Notes: generated from the letters alone by a model not told the origin. Positions 42,245-56,558 are shown, counted from the stretch's first letter. The stretch: DNA of 64,000 nt from Octopus vulgaris (GCA_951406725.2 OX597827.1:11160001-11224000); one strand, 5' to 3'. Program-made: numbers and translations.

Positions 42245-42378
42245 AGCTAGGTCTGTCAAAGTCCTTTGACCACTGTTTGCAATCTCATCAATGACATGCC
42301 TTCTCTACTCTAGTTTGCTTCAGGAGAGAGGCCATGTCATCAATGAGATTGCACAAATGGTGACTGACAGACTTAGCT
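42245..42378 (-). ncRNA. Candidate intronic pre-miRNA-like hairpin
   Basis: Minus strand UGCAAUCUCAUUGAUGACAUG pairs without a break (2 G.U) with CAUGUCAUUGAUGAGAUUGCA; lower stem agctaagtctgtca/tgacagacctagct. Confidence 0.45.
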
Positions 42379-43621
42379 GGTTGATTGATTGACTGAATGA
42401 TTAACCAAACAATCATTTCGTTAACTGGTTGATTAGTTAACAATTGACAAGTAAACAATAAAGAAGTGAACTAGAACTACTGCATGCATTCATTATTTGC
42501 AAAATTACTCTCCTAAGATTCAACAAAATAATTAGTAGTTATGATATCATTAATATTTAATGATTTCTTTTTAACTAAATTGCCAAAGCAATTTTAGCAA
42601 GGGATCATTGCATACAACTAAATGGGCCAAAGTATATTGTTGGTGCTTCGACAACCACTCCAAAGCAAAGAAGGTAAATCTAATCTAGCCATGACCTCAA
42701 GTTGGAACTGCTCAGTTTCTAACTTTGTTACCATCATCACATCTGGTTCACTCAAATCTATGCTGGTATGTTACATTAAATGCTTAAATAATAATTTCTA
42801 ATATGGTTGCAAGCCCACAGAATCTTTGAGAGAGAGAGAAGAACGAATTAAATCAAGTTCACTAATTAAATGGAAATGATTTCATAGAACACAGATGTAT
42901 GAAGGGCATAGTTTGTTTCCAGCAGGACTTGAAATTCAGAATGTAAAGGAGTAAAACTAAAGACCACAAAGCATTTTGCATATTCTGACTGTCATAATAC
43001 CTTAATTGATTAAATAAAACTGTTTAATGGTCATAAATTAGTTCCTTTTACGGGAAAAAAAAGTAGTATATTAAATCAACTAAATATATTAGATTCAAGT
43101 TTTGGTACAAGACCAGTAATATCGGAGCGGGGAGGAGGTAAGCCAATTATATCGATTCCGATGCTTATCTGGTATATATTTCTAAAACTCTGAAAGGATG
43201 AAAGCCAAAGTCAACCACAGCAAAATTTGTCCTCAGAATGTAAAGCCAGACAAAATTCTGCTAAAAAAAATTTTCCCAGTGTACTAGAGATTCTGCCAGC
43301 TTGCTGCTTCACTCAAGTTACTATTTTGCTGGTACTTATATTTTATCAGTACTGTGAAGCAAATATATCTAATGAAAGCATACTCTGGCATGTGGGCAAT
43401 CAGATACTAAATTCTGACATGACTGTGATACAAGCAGTTTCAACAAAGTTAGGTTAGATGAGTATATCCATTGTGATTTGTGGTAAGTTACCAAACTACT
43501 GTAGCCTTGGAATGACTAATGAGAATTTGTTAGACGCAAACTGCACAAGGCTTATTTTGTGTGTATGTAGACATAAACACATGCATATATATATTATATA
43601 TTTATATATGTGTACACACAT

Positions 43622-44035
43622 AGGCGCAGGAGTGGCTGTGTAGTAAGTAGCTTGCTAACCAACCACATGGTTCTGGGTTCAGTCCCACTGCGTGGCACCT
43701 TGGGCAAGTGTCTTCTACTATAGCCTCGGGCCGACCAAAGCCTTGTGAGTGGATTTGGTAGACGGAAACTGAAAGAAGCCTGTCGTATATATGTATATAT
43801 ATGTATATATGTGTGTGTGTGTTTGTGTGTGTGTGTGTTTGTCCCTCTAGCATTGCTTGACAATTGATGCTGGTGTGTTTATGTCCCCGTTACTTAGTGG
43901 TTCGGCGAAGGAGACCGATAGAATAAGTACTGGGCTTACAAAAGAATAAGTCCCGGGGTCCAGTTGCTTGACTAAAGGTGGTGCTCCAGCATGGCCGCAG
44001 TCAAATGACTGAAACAAGTAAAAGAGTAATGAGAA
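43622..44035 (+). mobile_element. SINE family 1
   Basis: Full-length copy. Confidence 0.92.
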
Positions 44036-44351
44036 TATATGTATGTGTATATTTCAGTATCTTTATAATCCAAAACTGTTGCACATAATGATAACATATC
44101 TCTGATGATTTGACAATAAGTTGTGATTTTGTAATTTCCATTATGTAGCTAATGATCATCCTTTCTTAATGAAATGTTAGTAAGATGATGTAATTAAAAA
44201 CCTTATAAATAATCTCCTACATTTTTTTTTTCTTCAAGTAGTCTGTTAAACACCCAGTCTCTGGATTCATAATAAATTATACAAACACAGCATCAAGAAT
44301 AGAAATACTCATAAATTAGTTAATACTAATTATTAAATTGCACTAGAGGTG

Positions 44352-44383
<32 letters not shown>

Positions 44384-46389
44384 TGTGTGTATGTATGTAT
44401 GTATGACTGTAAGGTATGTATGTATGTATGTATGTATGTATGTATGTTTGTATGTATGTATGTGTGTGTGTGTGTATATATACATGTGTGTATTTATGTC
44501 AAGTTGCAAATAAAAACAATTTAACCTTAAACTGAAGGTTTAAGATATATATTAACTCTTACAAGGAAAATGTTGACAATGACTTCAAAGTTACAGTCAA
44601 CCTTTCCTGTATAAAATTTATCATGCACACACATATATATATTTATATGTAAACATACATACATGCACACATACCATTGTAAACACACATACATACAAAC
44701 ATCCATCCATCCATCCATCCATCCATCCATACATACATACATACATACATGCATACATACGTACATACATACATACATACATACATGCATATAGACAGAC
44801 AACACACACATACATTCACACATACATACATACTATATATAAATATATGATGTATATAGGTAAGTCAGAAGTTATGGGCATATAACTGATGGGAGATAAC
44901 TCATGCTGTTTGTTAGAATCTTATAAATGTCTTTACATATTTATTTTGCCAATGACACCTATCACTCAAATCGTTTACTAATATTTTCTTCCAGCACACT
45001 CATATTAAAAATTTTTTTCATATTTAAAATTTTTTCTCAGACTCTTTTGTTATCTACTCTACTCAAGCTTAGCAGATAAACACCTCATCTCTCCACTCAC
45101 TTTCATTTTATTTCTTCTATTACTATTTACTCACTGTTGATCCTTTGACAATCTTTCACATTACCTCCTTATTGTAACTGCTAACAAATGCACATATATG
45201 TCTCATAATTATACCTGGATTTATGTTAGTTATTGTCAAACTCAATACAAAGATTACAAAGAAGTTAAAACACATTATCATTTTGTTAAATATAATGCAG
45301 TATTCACTGCCATTATTATTATTATGTTTCTCTTACAAAATTTTATCAGATAACTGAAATATATTTCTACCCTTTCTGAATTGTAAAATTCTGTTAATAA
45401 TAAAGTCAGAAAATCTTATTGTGGGGGAAAAGATGGGGCTGTAGAAAATATATAATGCACATTTGAGAGGGTTTGAACTAATTTGGCCTTTACTGAAAAC
45501 TAATTGTTGTTTCTAATTTTGGCAAAAGGATCGCAATTTTAATGGGAAAGGTTTAGCCAGTACCATCAGTCCCAGTAGTTGACTGGTACTTTGTTTTACC
45601 AGGCCATAAGAATGGGAGATGGGAGACAGGATTTGAACTCAGAATTGTGTGGAATTGAAACAAATACTGTATTTTCTACTACACTTTTAATGATTCCGCT
45701 AATCTAATACACTGATATTACTAGCAAATTAATAATGTTATGTGTGTGTGTCTGTCTATGATTTAGATCTCATAATTAAAAAGAATAATTAATTATATTT
45801 TCTGGAATCAAAATTACCTTTTGTTTTGAGCAATTTTATGAAATAACATTAAATACATATCAGCAAGCTGCTTCTTCATTATCCTGGTTTCTTAATGAGC
45901 TCGGATAACACTATAGCTACAGGAAGCAGGTTTCTAAAGAGATATTTCACGCATAGCATGACACCGTGTTATGTTCTCCACCATATTCATTTCTGATAAG
46001 TATGGTTTACCAAAAGTGCCACAGCAGCTGGCCACATTGATAGGCTCCCCTGTGAAACATTCCTGTGGTTATTGGAAGAGATGGAAGCTTAAAGATCAGC
46101 TGTTTATTGAATCAGAAACTAAAGAGAAACTCCCTGCTTACAGAGTCAATGAAGAAATTTTATTTTCATTTCAAATTCCGGCTTAGATGTCTAATTTGAA
46201 AACACCTGAAACCATGTGTAAAACAGTTCAACATGATATTGATTACAGTTCTAATTAGTCTAATTAGTGATAAATAAATACAATAATAATAATAATTAGT
46301 TACATTGATAACGTTTCTCTTGGTATGATTTTAAAAATCTTCTCTATCTCCTTACCTAATCATTATAAGGATGATGAGTAACAATAATA

Positions 46390-46445
<56 letters not shown>

Positions 46446-46661
46446 CCTTTCTACAATAGGCACATGGATTGAAATTTGGGGTGAAGGGACCAGTTGATTA
46501 GATCGACCCCAGTGCTTCACTGGTACTTATTTTATAAGGACCCTGAAAGGCTGAAAGGCAAGGTTAACCTTGAGAGCAACTGAACTCAGAACATAAAAAC
46601 AGATTAAATGTCACTAAGGATTTTGTCTGGTGTGCTAACGATTCTACCAGTTTGCTGCCTC

Positions 46662-46698
<37 letters not shown>

Positions 46699-46824
46699 TT
46701 TTTTTTATAGAAATAAAGTTAAATTAAAATACATGGGTAGTAATAGTTCTTGACAAGAGCATTGTCGATGTGAGAACTATTACTACCCATGTATTTTAAT
46801 TTAACTTTATTTCTATAAAAAAAA
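46699..46824. repeat. Perfect 52-bp inverted repeat with 22-nt spacer
   Basis: 46699-46750 is the exact reverse complement of 46773-46824. Confidence 0.9.
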
Positions 46825-46990
46825 AAAATTGAACGAACTAGGAGGATAAAGCCAACACTGGTGTGATTTGAACTTGAAACATTAAAAAGATGTATCTAAA
46901 TATCCTCGAAATATTTTGTCTGATAATACACTGAGTCAACTAATCCTGAATAATGCAGTAGCATGAAATACACATATGCATATGTGTGTA

Positions 46991-47069
<79 letters not shown>

Positions 47070-47642
47070 GAGTGTGTGTGTGTGTATATATATATACATA
47101 GTTTTGTTCTGGGGAAGTGTTTGGAGTTGATAAGTTGCAAGGTGGGTTATACCAAATTACCTTCTTTTCCTGTTTACAGTTTTAAAGTTGTTCAATGTAT
47201 CTGATCTGGACTTTTTGGGGGAGAGGGTACGTTATAAAGTAATTTAAGGGCATTATGGCATATCTGTATTTTTCTATTGAAGCAAACTTTATTGCATGTA
47301 AGAAATGATTTCAGGAGCGATTTTGATTATGTTGGATATGATTACTGCAAGATGTGTTAATGTATTGGGTATCTTTTGCTTTTCATTTAATTTTAAATTT
47401 TACTTCTGCAAAACAGTAAAAATAGCAATTTTCTTCAATGCACAAAACACCCTTATCTTCACAGAGTCTTCGCTTTCATGCAGACACAGAATTCTCAGTC
47501 TTCCACACAACATACTATAACAACAACATTACCCCTATTATTCACTTCTTGACCCATCAAAATATCGATAAATATAAGCACCAAAATGTGTATGTGTGAT
47601 ATGCATGTGTGTGTCTGTAAGGACTTCTTGTCTGCGTTTAAG

Positions 47643-47679
<37 letters not shown>

Positions 47680-47681
<2 letters not shown>

Positions 47682-48081
47682 TTTTTCTCTTTTTTACTTG
47701 TTTCAGTCATTTGACTGCGGCCATGCTGGAGCACCGCCTTTAGTCGAGCAAATCGACCCCGGGACTTATTCTTTGTAAGCCTAGTACTTATTCTATCGGT
47801 CTCTTTTGCCGAACCACTAAGTGACGGGGACGTAAACACACCAGCATCGGCTGTCAAGCAATGCTAGGGGGACAAACACAGACACACATACATATATATA
47901 TATATATATACATATATACGACAGGCTTCTTTCAGTTTCTGTCTACCAAATCCACTCACAAGGCATTGGTCGGCCCGGGGCTGCAGCAGAAGACACTTGC
48001 CCAAGATGCCACGCAGTGGGACTGAACCCGGTACCATGTGGTTGGTTAGCAAGCTACTTACCACACAGCCACTCCTGCGCC
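47680..48081 (-). mobile_element. SINE family 1
   Basis: Full-length copy. Confidence 0.92.
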
Positions 48082-48085
48082 TATA

Positions 48086-48121
<36 letters not shown>

Positions 48122-48604
48122 TGTATGTATGTATGTATGTTTGTATGTATACATGTATATATATATATAAATACATACATATATATATGTATATGTGTGT
48201 GTATATATGTATGCATACATACATATGTGTATGTATGCATATATACATATGTGTGTGTATATATATATATATTTATGTATGTTATATATATATATGTGAT
48301 GTGTGTGTGTGTATATATACATATATATATACATACATATATGGATGTTTATGCACTCTTATCTACCTGTGTACCTGCTTTTAGAAATAACTATGCTAAC
48401 ACATTCCTGTATAAGAAGAGAGTGTCTGCAAAAATTGTGAAGAATAATTACTACAAGTTATTTTTGTGCACCTGCACCAAATTATTGGGTTTGTTATCAA
48501 TATACATCAGCAGCTTAATATACATACATACATACATACATACATATACATGTATATATGTATGTATATATGTATATATATGTAAACATGCATACAAATA
48601 TATT

Positions 48605-48669
<65 letters not shown>

Positions 48670-48921
48670 TTGTATGTATGCATGTATGTACACATTAATA
48701 TATTTCTTTGCCTATTAGCTGTAAAAAAAGAAGTGTGTGTGTAAGGTTTATTTGCAAATTGAGTTCTATTTCTCCTCTTTCTAACACTGTGTTTGGACAT
48801 GTAAGTGTGTGTACACATGTGTGCATGCATGAGTGCGTACATGTATATTGGTGAGTATGTGAGCATTTGTAACATGTAATTCCAATGTGTATCCACACCG
48901 TTTCCGTCTATCAAATACCTA

Positions 48922-49127
48922 TTTCTTTATTACCCACAAGGGGCTAAACACAGAGGGGACAGACAAGGACAGACACACGCATTAAGTTGATTACATCGAC
49001 CCCAGTGCATAACTGGTACTTATTTAATCGACCCTGAAAGGATGAAAGGCAAAGTCGACCTCTGCAGAATTTGAACTCAGAACGTAGGGACAGACGAAAT
49101 ACCGCTAAGCATTTTGCCCGGCCTGCA
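48922..49127 (-). mobile_element. SINE family 2 nested in a decayed family 1 copy
   Basis: Family 1 sequence gtttccgtctatcaaatac...cacttacaaagcattg is split by this insertion. Confidence 0.8.
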
Positions 49128-49755
49128 AATACCACTTACAAAGCATTGATCAACTCATAGCTATTGTGGAGGACTCTTGTTCCAATGAACCAAGCAGTGG
49201 GATTGAACCAACGACCATGTGGTTCAATGTGAATATCTTAACTACACGGATAGCGATGTTTTAAAGTTTTAAAGAAGTAAAATAGTACAATTAGTCATTC
49301 AAAGAAATGCTTGGTAAACAGCAGCATGTAAATATCAATACAAATTCTTGCTTAAGTGAGCTTTAAACACAATTTAAATTCCAGCAATAATTATTTTCCT
49401 AACGCTTTGAAAATTTACTGGTTCAATGGTGTTTATTCCAGCAAGATAAAAAGATCTAATGATTCATTTATAAATGTAATTTATAATTTATTTTTCGTTT
49501 GTTTTAAAAATTGGACTGTGGCTATGTCGGGACAATGCCTTTAAGACTTTTAGTTCACTGAACTGACCCATGTGGCTATTTTTAAGTTTAGTGCTTATGC
49601 TATTGATCACTTTTGTTATGTAAGTTACAGGAACATAGACAAAACATTAGAGATTGTCAAGGGATGGGTGAGAGACAACCATAAATACACACTCATACTT
49701 ATATATGTATGTGTATATATATATATGTATGTATATATGTATAAATAAATATATG

Positions 49756-49813
<58 letters not shown>

Positions 49814-50740
49814 CATTTATATATATATATAATGTATATTTATATATATGTATGTATGTATATATATATGATGGACTTCATGGGCTTCCACACAGTTTCT
49901 GTCTATTAAATACATGCACAAAGCATTAATAGGCTTGGGGCTATAGTAGAAGGCATTTTCTCAAACTGCCTTGCAGAGGTACTGAACCTGAAACCATATG
50001 GTTGCAAAGCAAGCTACTTTACCACACAGCCATGTCTGAAAAAAAGGTCACAAATAACTGATTAACTAATACTAAACATAAAGAAAAGTATTTTGATTAA
50101 CAAAGAAAGTTTAAATAACTGAATCATAATTTGTCATTCAATTTAATTAAAAGTTAGAAATTAGAAAATCAAGCACTTGATTATTTTGTTGATTACTTTA
50201 ATTATTAATTTCTTCCTTTTAATTGACTTAGTCATTGGACTGCAGGCATGGTGGAGCATCATCTTGAAGGGTTTTAGTCGATCAGATTAAGTTCGGTACT
50301 TTAAAAAATTTTTTTTTGGGTTTTTTGCCTGGTACATATCCTAACAATTTCTCCTGCCAAATAACTATGTTGTGGGGGATATAAACGAACCAACACCAGT
50401 TGTCAAGTGCTGGTAAAGGACAAACACAAAGACACACACAGATATAGATATATATATTGCATATATGTATATGTATATATATATATATATTGCATATATA
50501 TATATATATACATATATATACATGTACATATGAACATATCTTCAATTAGATGTATGACTGAATGTATAAAGAGCAGGGAGTAGGGTTTGAATGTATACAT
50601 AATTAATATATATAAATTATGAATACAAAATTGGAATATATACACTTGAATTGTATTTACTTATTTACTTACAAAATATATACAAATCATATTTACATAA
50701 TTATATTTGATACATGAGCTTTATGTTGTTAATATCTATA

Positions 50741-50784
<44 letters not shown>

Positions 50785-51037
50785 CAAATATAAATAATTT
50801 TTGAGCTATGTATACTGAAGTCATGAGAAATACCTAAATTTTAATATATAATACACACAAATATACACACAAAAAACACTTATCTATGCACAGGTACAGT
50901 ATATATACATATTTGTGTGTGTGTATATGCCTTTGAAAATATTGCAATAGGATTAAATGCATTTACTTAATATATATATATATATATGTGTGTGTGTGGG
51001 TGTATATATATATATATATGTATGTATATATATATGC

Positions 51038-51076
<39 letters not shown>

Positions 51077-51271
51077 CATATATACACACACACAGATATT
51101 TACATATATTAGACATAGTTTCAATGTTATGTAAGTGTATGTGAGTTTAAATATATATGCATATATATTTCTATATATGTATATATGTATGTATGAGAAC
51201 ATATGTTTATATATAACATGAATTTAGTAAACAAAATTATGAATTTAAATTGTTGATATTTACCTATATAT

Positions 51272-51318
<47 letters not shown>

Positions 51319-51774
51319 TATATATAATATATACACACACATACACATATATGAATATATATATGTGTCTGTGCATATATGTATCTTTAAAAATCTTTTA
51401 GAAAATTTTCTTGATAATAGCAATGTTTGATGAAGTTTAATCTGGAAATTAAATATTTTCATTAAATAACATTATAAAAAAACTATATACAAATTAACAC
51501 TGACCTCATGAGTGGAACTTCTTGTGAAAGCCCTTACTTTATTATATAACCAACTGAATGTTAAAAACTGAAACCACTGAAGGTGCTTACACTAAATCTC
51601 CTTTCCATCAGGTTTGTGTCAATTTGCTTTTTATAAGAAACTTTGAATGTAACTAATAATTTCTTATTTAAGAAAATCCTTTTTGCATATATTTATATAT
51701 ATATGTGCATGTGTGTGTGTGTGTGTACACATATGTATATACAAATATACATACATATAAATATATATATATAT

Positions 51775-51863
<89 letters not shown>

Positions 51864-51921
51864 TCTATATATGCACACACATATATCTATATATGTATGT
51901 GTGTATATCTATCTATCTATA

Positions 51922-51971
<50 letters not shown>

Positions 51972-52820
51972 AAATAATATTTTGCGTAATATTAGATTCT
52001 ACCTGAGTATGAAATCCCTTATTCAGTCAATGTTTTTCCTTCATCAGTAAAAAGAAACTAATTCTTAACTTTATATACCCCAAAATGTGTGTGCAGATGT
52101 GTGTATCTGTATATGTGTGTTTTAGTGGTGTGTTGTGACTAAATGTTGTTGTTTGTGTGTTTTTTCAAGAACGTTTGTTCAATAAGTTAGTATTTATTAG
52201 AGTAAATTCAGTTTTTGATTATGCATTTACTAGTTATATATGTATCATGCAGAACACATGTCATACTAACCAATGAATGATATAAGTATCTTGAATAACT
52301 AATACATATATTCAACTATAAGTATTTCAAACTTTGAAACTTGTCACAATGTATTAGTTAATAAAGAGAGATACCATACTTCCGTTTGAATGCTACTGCA
52401 GTACACATTTTTAAACAAAAAATTCTAATTGATTAAAATGTACTTAACCAATTATATCATTTCCTTAATCCTTAATTCAAATAATAATATTTCCATAAAT
52501 CATATTTTAAAATTTTTTAATGATTTTATTGATAAAAATATTAGAAATGGGGGTGAAAAATGGGGTTGGTCGTTATGCATTTTTCTAAAAATGGCAGACT
52601 GTTGTTGTAGACAATAAAGTTTTTAGGTAGTGATTGATGGTTTTACTAAGTCGTTCTTTCATCTTTCAAAAGCTGAGATCAATGACTTATGTTTCATGAT
52701 ATGTGGTTTGGTTGATGAATAATATTGAAATAAATTAGTTTTTGCAGGAGACATTGCGTCTTAATCCCATCTTCTCTGCATTATTAGATGATTCACACTT
52801 ATATTTTTAACTTTCTTTCA

Positions 52821-52858
<38 letters not shown>

Positions 52859-52868
52859 CACACACATA

Positions 52869-52942
<74 letters not shown>

Positions 52943-53051
52943 CACATATAATATACATATATATTTATGTATGCATATGTGTATGTATAGTATAATCTGA
53001 ATCAGTGTTGATGCATCATAGATATCTATTTACATATGTATATAATGTATG

Positions 53052-53100
<49 letters not shown>

Positions 53101-53245
53101 ACACACACAAACACAAACACTGATTCACTCCAATGCAAAAACACACATATACATATATGTATATGTAGACTTATGTGTGTATGCACATATATTTACTCAT
53201 ATTTTTACACACACACATGCATACATACACATGCACACACACGTT

Positions 53246-53279
<34 letters not shown>

Positions 53280-53301
53280 CACAAATTCACATATATATAC
53301 T

Positions 53302-53342
<41 letters not shown>

Positions 53343-53343
53343 T

Positions 53344-53411
<68 letters not shown>

Positions 53412-53418
53412 CACAAAT

Positions 53419-53461
<43 letters not shown>

Positions 53462-53660
53462 CACAAATTCACACATATATATATGTATATATATACATAT
53501 ATATTATGTTTTTTTATTTTTACCCATAATATTGTTTGTTCTAGTGTTTTGTTAAAAAAAAATGTACCAGTCAGATGCTGGGTTTTGTCACCACCATCCC
53601 CCGACACCAAAATCGTTATTCAAGATCATAAGGATATAAGTGTGCATTATTTGTTGTTAC

Positions 53661-56054
53661 CTGCTTGGTACTTGGTAGCTTTGTGGCTAAGGTCGAAGTT
53701 TTCCAATCATTCTGAGAGACATCCTCAGAATAGAGTTGACTCCTTAATCCTACCAACTGAATATTCCTGTTTCTCATTTCACTGGGACTTTTGGGAATGA
53801 CAACAGAACTATCCGTTTGGTTGATCAATTGTCTTCTTTCACTGCGAGAGTTCAACGAAGGATTCATTACTTCAACTGCTCCACCTTGGGCCGCGTTTCT
53901 CGCTCTGTTACATCGTATTATGCATGTTGCTATAGACACCACTACAGCTATAGATACAATCATGGCTACTAACACTATTACTATTGCAAAATCTACTTCA
54001 ACCATTTCATTCAAATTTTTGTTTACGGCAGGCATAATCCTAGAAGTCTTATTGCTGACAGTCAGCGTCAAGGACACTGTTGTCATTGCAGATAAGACTG
54101 GTGTTCCACTGTCTTTGACAATAAATTCTAAATTATAAGATCCAACATCATCTTGGTAAACTGGACGAGAAAAAGATAAAACTCCAGTGTAAGGATTCAC
54201 ACTAAACAAATGTTTGTCATTGCCTCTGAGTATTTCATATTTGAGAAAAGCATTTGTCCGGCTGTCTCTGTCAAAGGCTTTCAGAACTGTGATATTAGTT
54301 TTTTTGTTGGGATAATAGTGGACATCAAGACTGAAAGGGTTGACACTGGGAAAAGAAAAGTAGGGGGCATTGTCATTCTCATCCATTACTTCGATGAAAA
54401 CATTTGCTGTGTTATTAAAAGAAGGTTTACCATTGTCTTTGACAAAAACTTGGAATTTATAAATGTTTTTAATTTCATGGTCCAATGGTTTTCTTGTAGA
54501 AATAAATCCATAATTTGTGATCTGGAAAGGAAAATTATATTTATTATTGGTCAAAAGGGAATAGGTCAGTTGACCTCCTTGTCCTAAATCAGGGTCAGTG
54601 GCATTGATAAAACCAATGGGAAAATTAGCTTTTTTATTTTCATAAGTCAAAAACTTGAATGTTGATTTTGTGAATTTGGGTTGTACGTCGTTGACATCCA
54701 TGACTTGGATAGAGAATTTTCTTTTAGTTTCTAAGGAAGGAGAACCTTGATCCTCACAGGAAATAGTGATATCGTAATGGTCCTGGACTTCCCTATCAAC
54801 TGGATCCTTTAAATTTACTTTATATTCTTTTGATTCCAACATTAAAAGCTGAAATTTATCATGGTGAAGTTCACAGGTCACCTCACCGTTAAGTCCAATG
54901 TCATTATCAGTGACCATGACATATGCAATAAAGCTACCAACAGCAGTGTCTTCTGAGATAGTTGCTGAGCTCTCACTAACGGGTGACACAAAATTGACAT
55001 CAATACTTGGATAATTGTTTTGTTGGTTGATAATATTTACAAGAACCAGAACAGCTGAGCTCAATGGTGGTTTTCCTTTGTCAGTTGCTCGCACGTATAA
55101 TTCATTGAGGAGTTTACTTCTTAGTGGGAAAATTTGCTGCAGGTAGATCTCACCAGTTCTTTCATTTAACATGAAATGACTTTTAGTTGATGAAGCAGTC
55201 TTTGAACTGAAATGATAAGAAACCTTACCATTATCACCTGAGTCTAAATCAGTTGCTGTTAATGTAATAATTGGCATCATTCTGCTTGCTTTATTCTTGG
55301 TGGTAATGTTATAAACCTTTCGTAAAAAAACTGGAGTATTGTCATTAACGTCAGTAACTGTTACTTTGACAATTAAAACACTTTCTTTGGGTGGCAAACC
55401 ACCATCTTTAGCTACAATCTCAAGAACATATTTATCTTGCTTTTCTCTGTCTAGTTTTTCTTTTAAGAAAATTGAAAGTTGTGATATTCCATCGACACTT
55501 TTGGAAGTTGATAATGCAAATGGATTATCTATATTATTTCCGAGGTGGTAGCTTATTTGAGAATTCTGGAGCCCAACATCTCTGTCAATTGCATTTGGGA
55601 TTGATCGTCGCACACCGATGCTGGCATCTTCTGAAAACTGAATGTTGATCTCTTCGTTTTTAAATTTTGGTTGGTGATCATTGATGTCTTGAATAACAAC
55701 ACGCACTTTTAAAATCTTTATAAATGCTTTTGCTTGTTGAATGGCAATTTTTATGGTTTTGAAACATTCTTGATTATATGAACAAAGTGTATCGCTATCA
55801 AGTGTCTGAGCAGTATATATTTTTCCTGATTTTGTGACATTGAATAATTGAGAATTTTGAGTGACGCTGCGTTGAAATTGACTGAAAGTTACCTTACTTC
55901 GGTCAGTCAGTAAATTGCTATCATATAAATGCATATCTACAGCAATATCCCCGAGGTAAGTCCCTTCTTCTTCTCCTTCTTTCACATAATATGTAAAGTC
56001 TATACACAGGCAGTAGTGTAAGTATAACAAACAAATGCCAAAATTTAGCTGCAT
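53661..56054 (-). CDS. Pcdh: Protocadherin, large first coding exon (signal peptide, EC1-EC6, TM, proximal cytoplasmic tail; 798 codons)
   Basis: 812-aa ORF with a hydrophobic N-terminus and cadherin motifs ([45 protein letters not shown]). EC1 has C-X5-C (CSYNQEC) and the TM is [26 protein letters not shown] strong acceptor ttttctttgttttccattttcag precedes 56081, and a phase-0 donor CAG|GTAACA follows Q798 at 53661. The symbol is family-level only. Confidence 0.96.
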
Positions 56055-56361
56055 ATTTCCTCTGTGTTATAAAGGAATATCCTGAAAATGGAAAACAAAG
56101 AAAAGATTTTATTCAGTGCATGAAAATACTTCAAAATAAATAATTTTGAGTTATTATGAGGTTTAAGGCCAGATTAATAATAAAAGAACTGAAATCCAGA
56201 GGAAGATGTCTTTTCGTTTTGGCAAGTAAAATTAATGTAAATAATATTCTTTTAAATGTTTTGAAAAAGTGGATGGAAAAAAAATCATATTTGTTTACGA
56301 AACATCTTCTTGTAATGAAGTCAATCAAAGAATAACTGATATATGTATATGTATATATATA

Positions 56362-56525
56362 TAAGTTCAGCAAAAATTTAGATTCAAATGAATATGGTAC
56401 TTAATTTAGATGCACCAGAATTTTGTATGGTGTTATCCATAAAAATCCGTGGGGTGATTATAATCAAAATAAGCAACAAGAATGACTCCGGTAATTTGGT
56501 ACGATCGTTTCATACTACATCATAT
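56362..56525 (-). mobile_element. Penelope-like terminal fragment with decayed hammerhead
   Basis: Minus strand atgatgtagtat-GAAA-cgatc-GTA-cca with palindrome ACGATCGT; between (TA)n tracts; the same end (aagttcagcaa-aatttagattcaaatgaatat) recurs at about 11347-11380. Confidence 0.4.
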
Positions 56526-56558
56526 TTATATCTATATATATATATATATATATACATG

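Noticed and set aside
2537-53610. Hundreds of YI-, CV- and HT-repeat ORFs
   Set aside because: (TA)n, (TG)n and (TATG)n repeats lack stop codons; these are artefacts.
53616-53660. Last 14 codons of the 812-aa ORF as the constitutive C-terminus
   Set aside because: They begin at a good CAG|GTAACA donor; more likely intron read-through, though possibly a minor isoform.
53791-55551. Plus-strand ORFs overlapping the protocadherin
   Set aside because: Antisense shadows of the real CDS.
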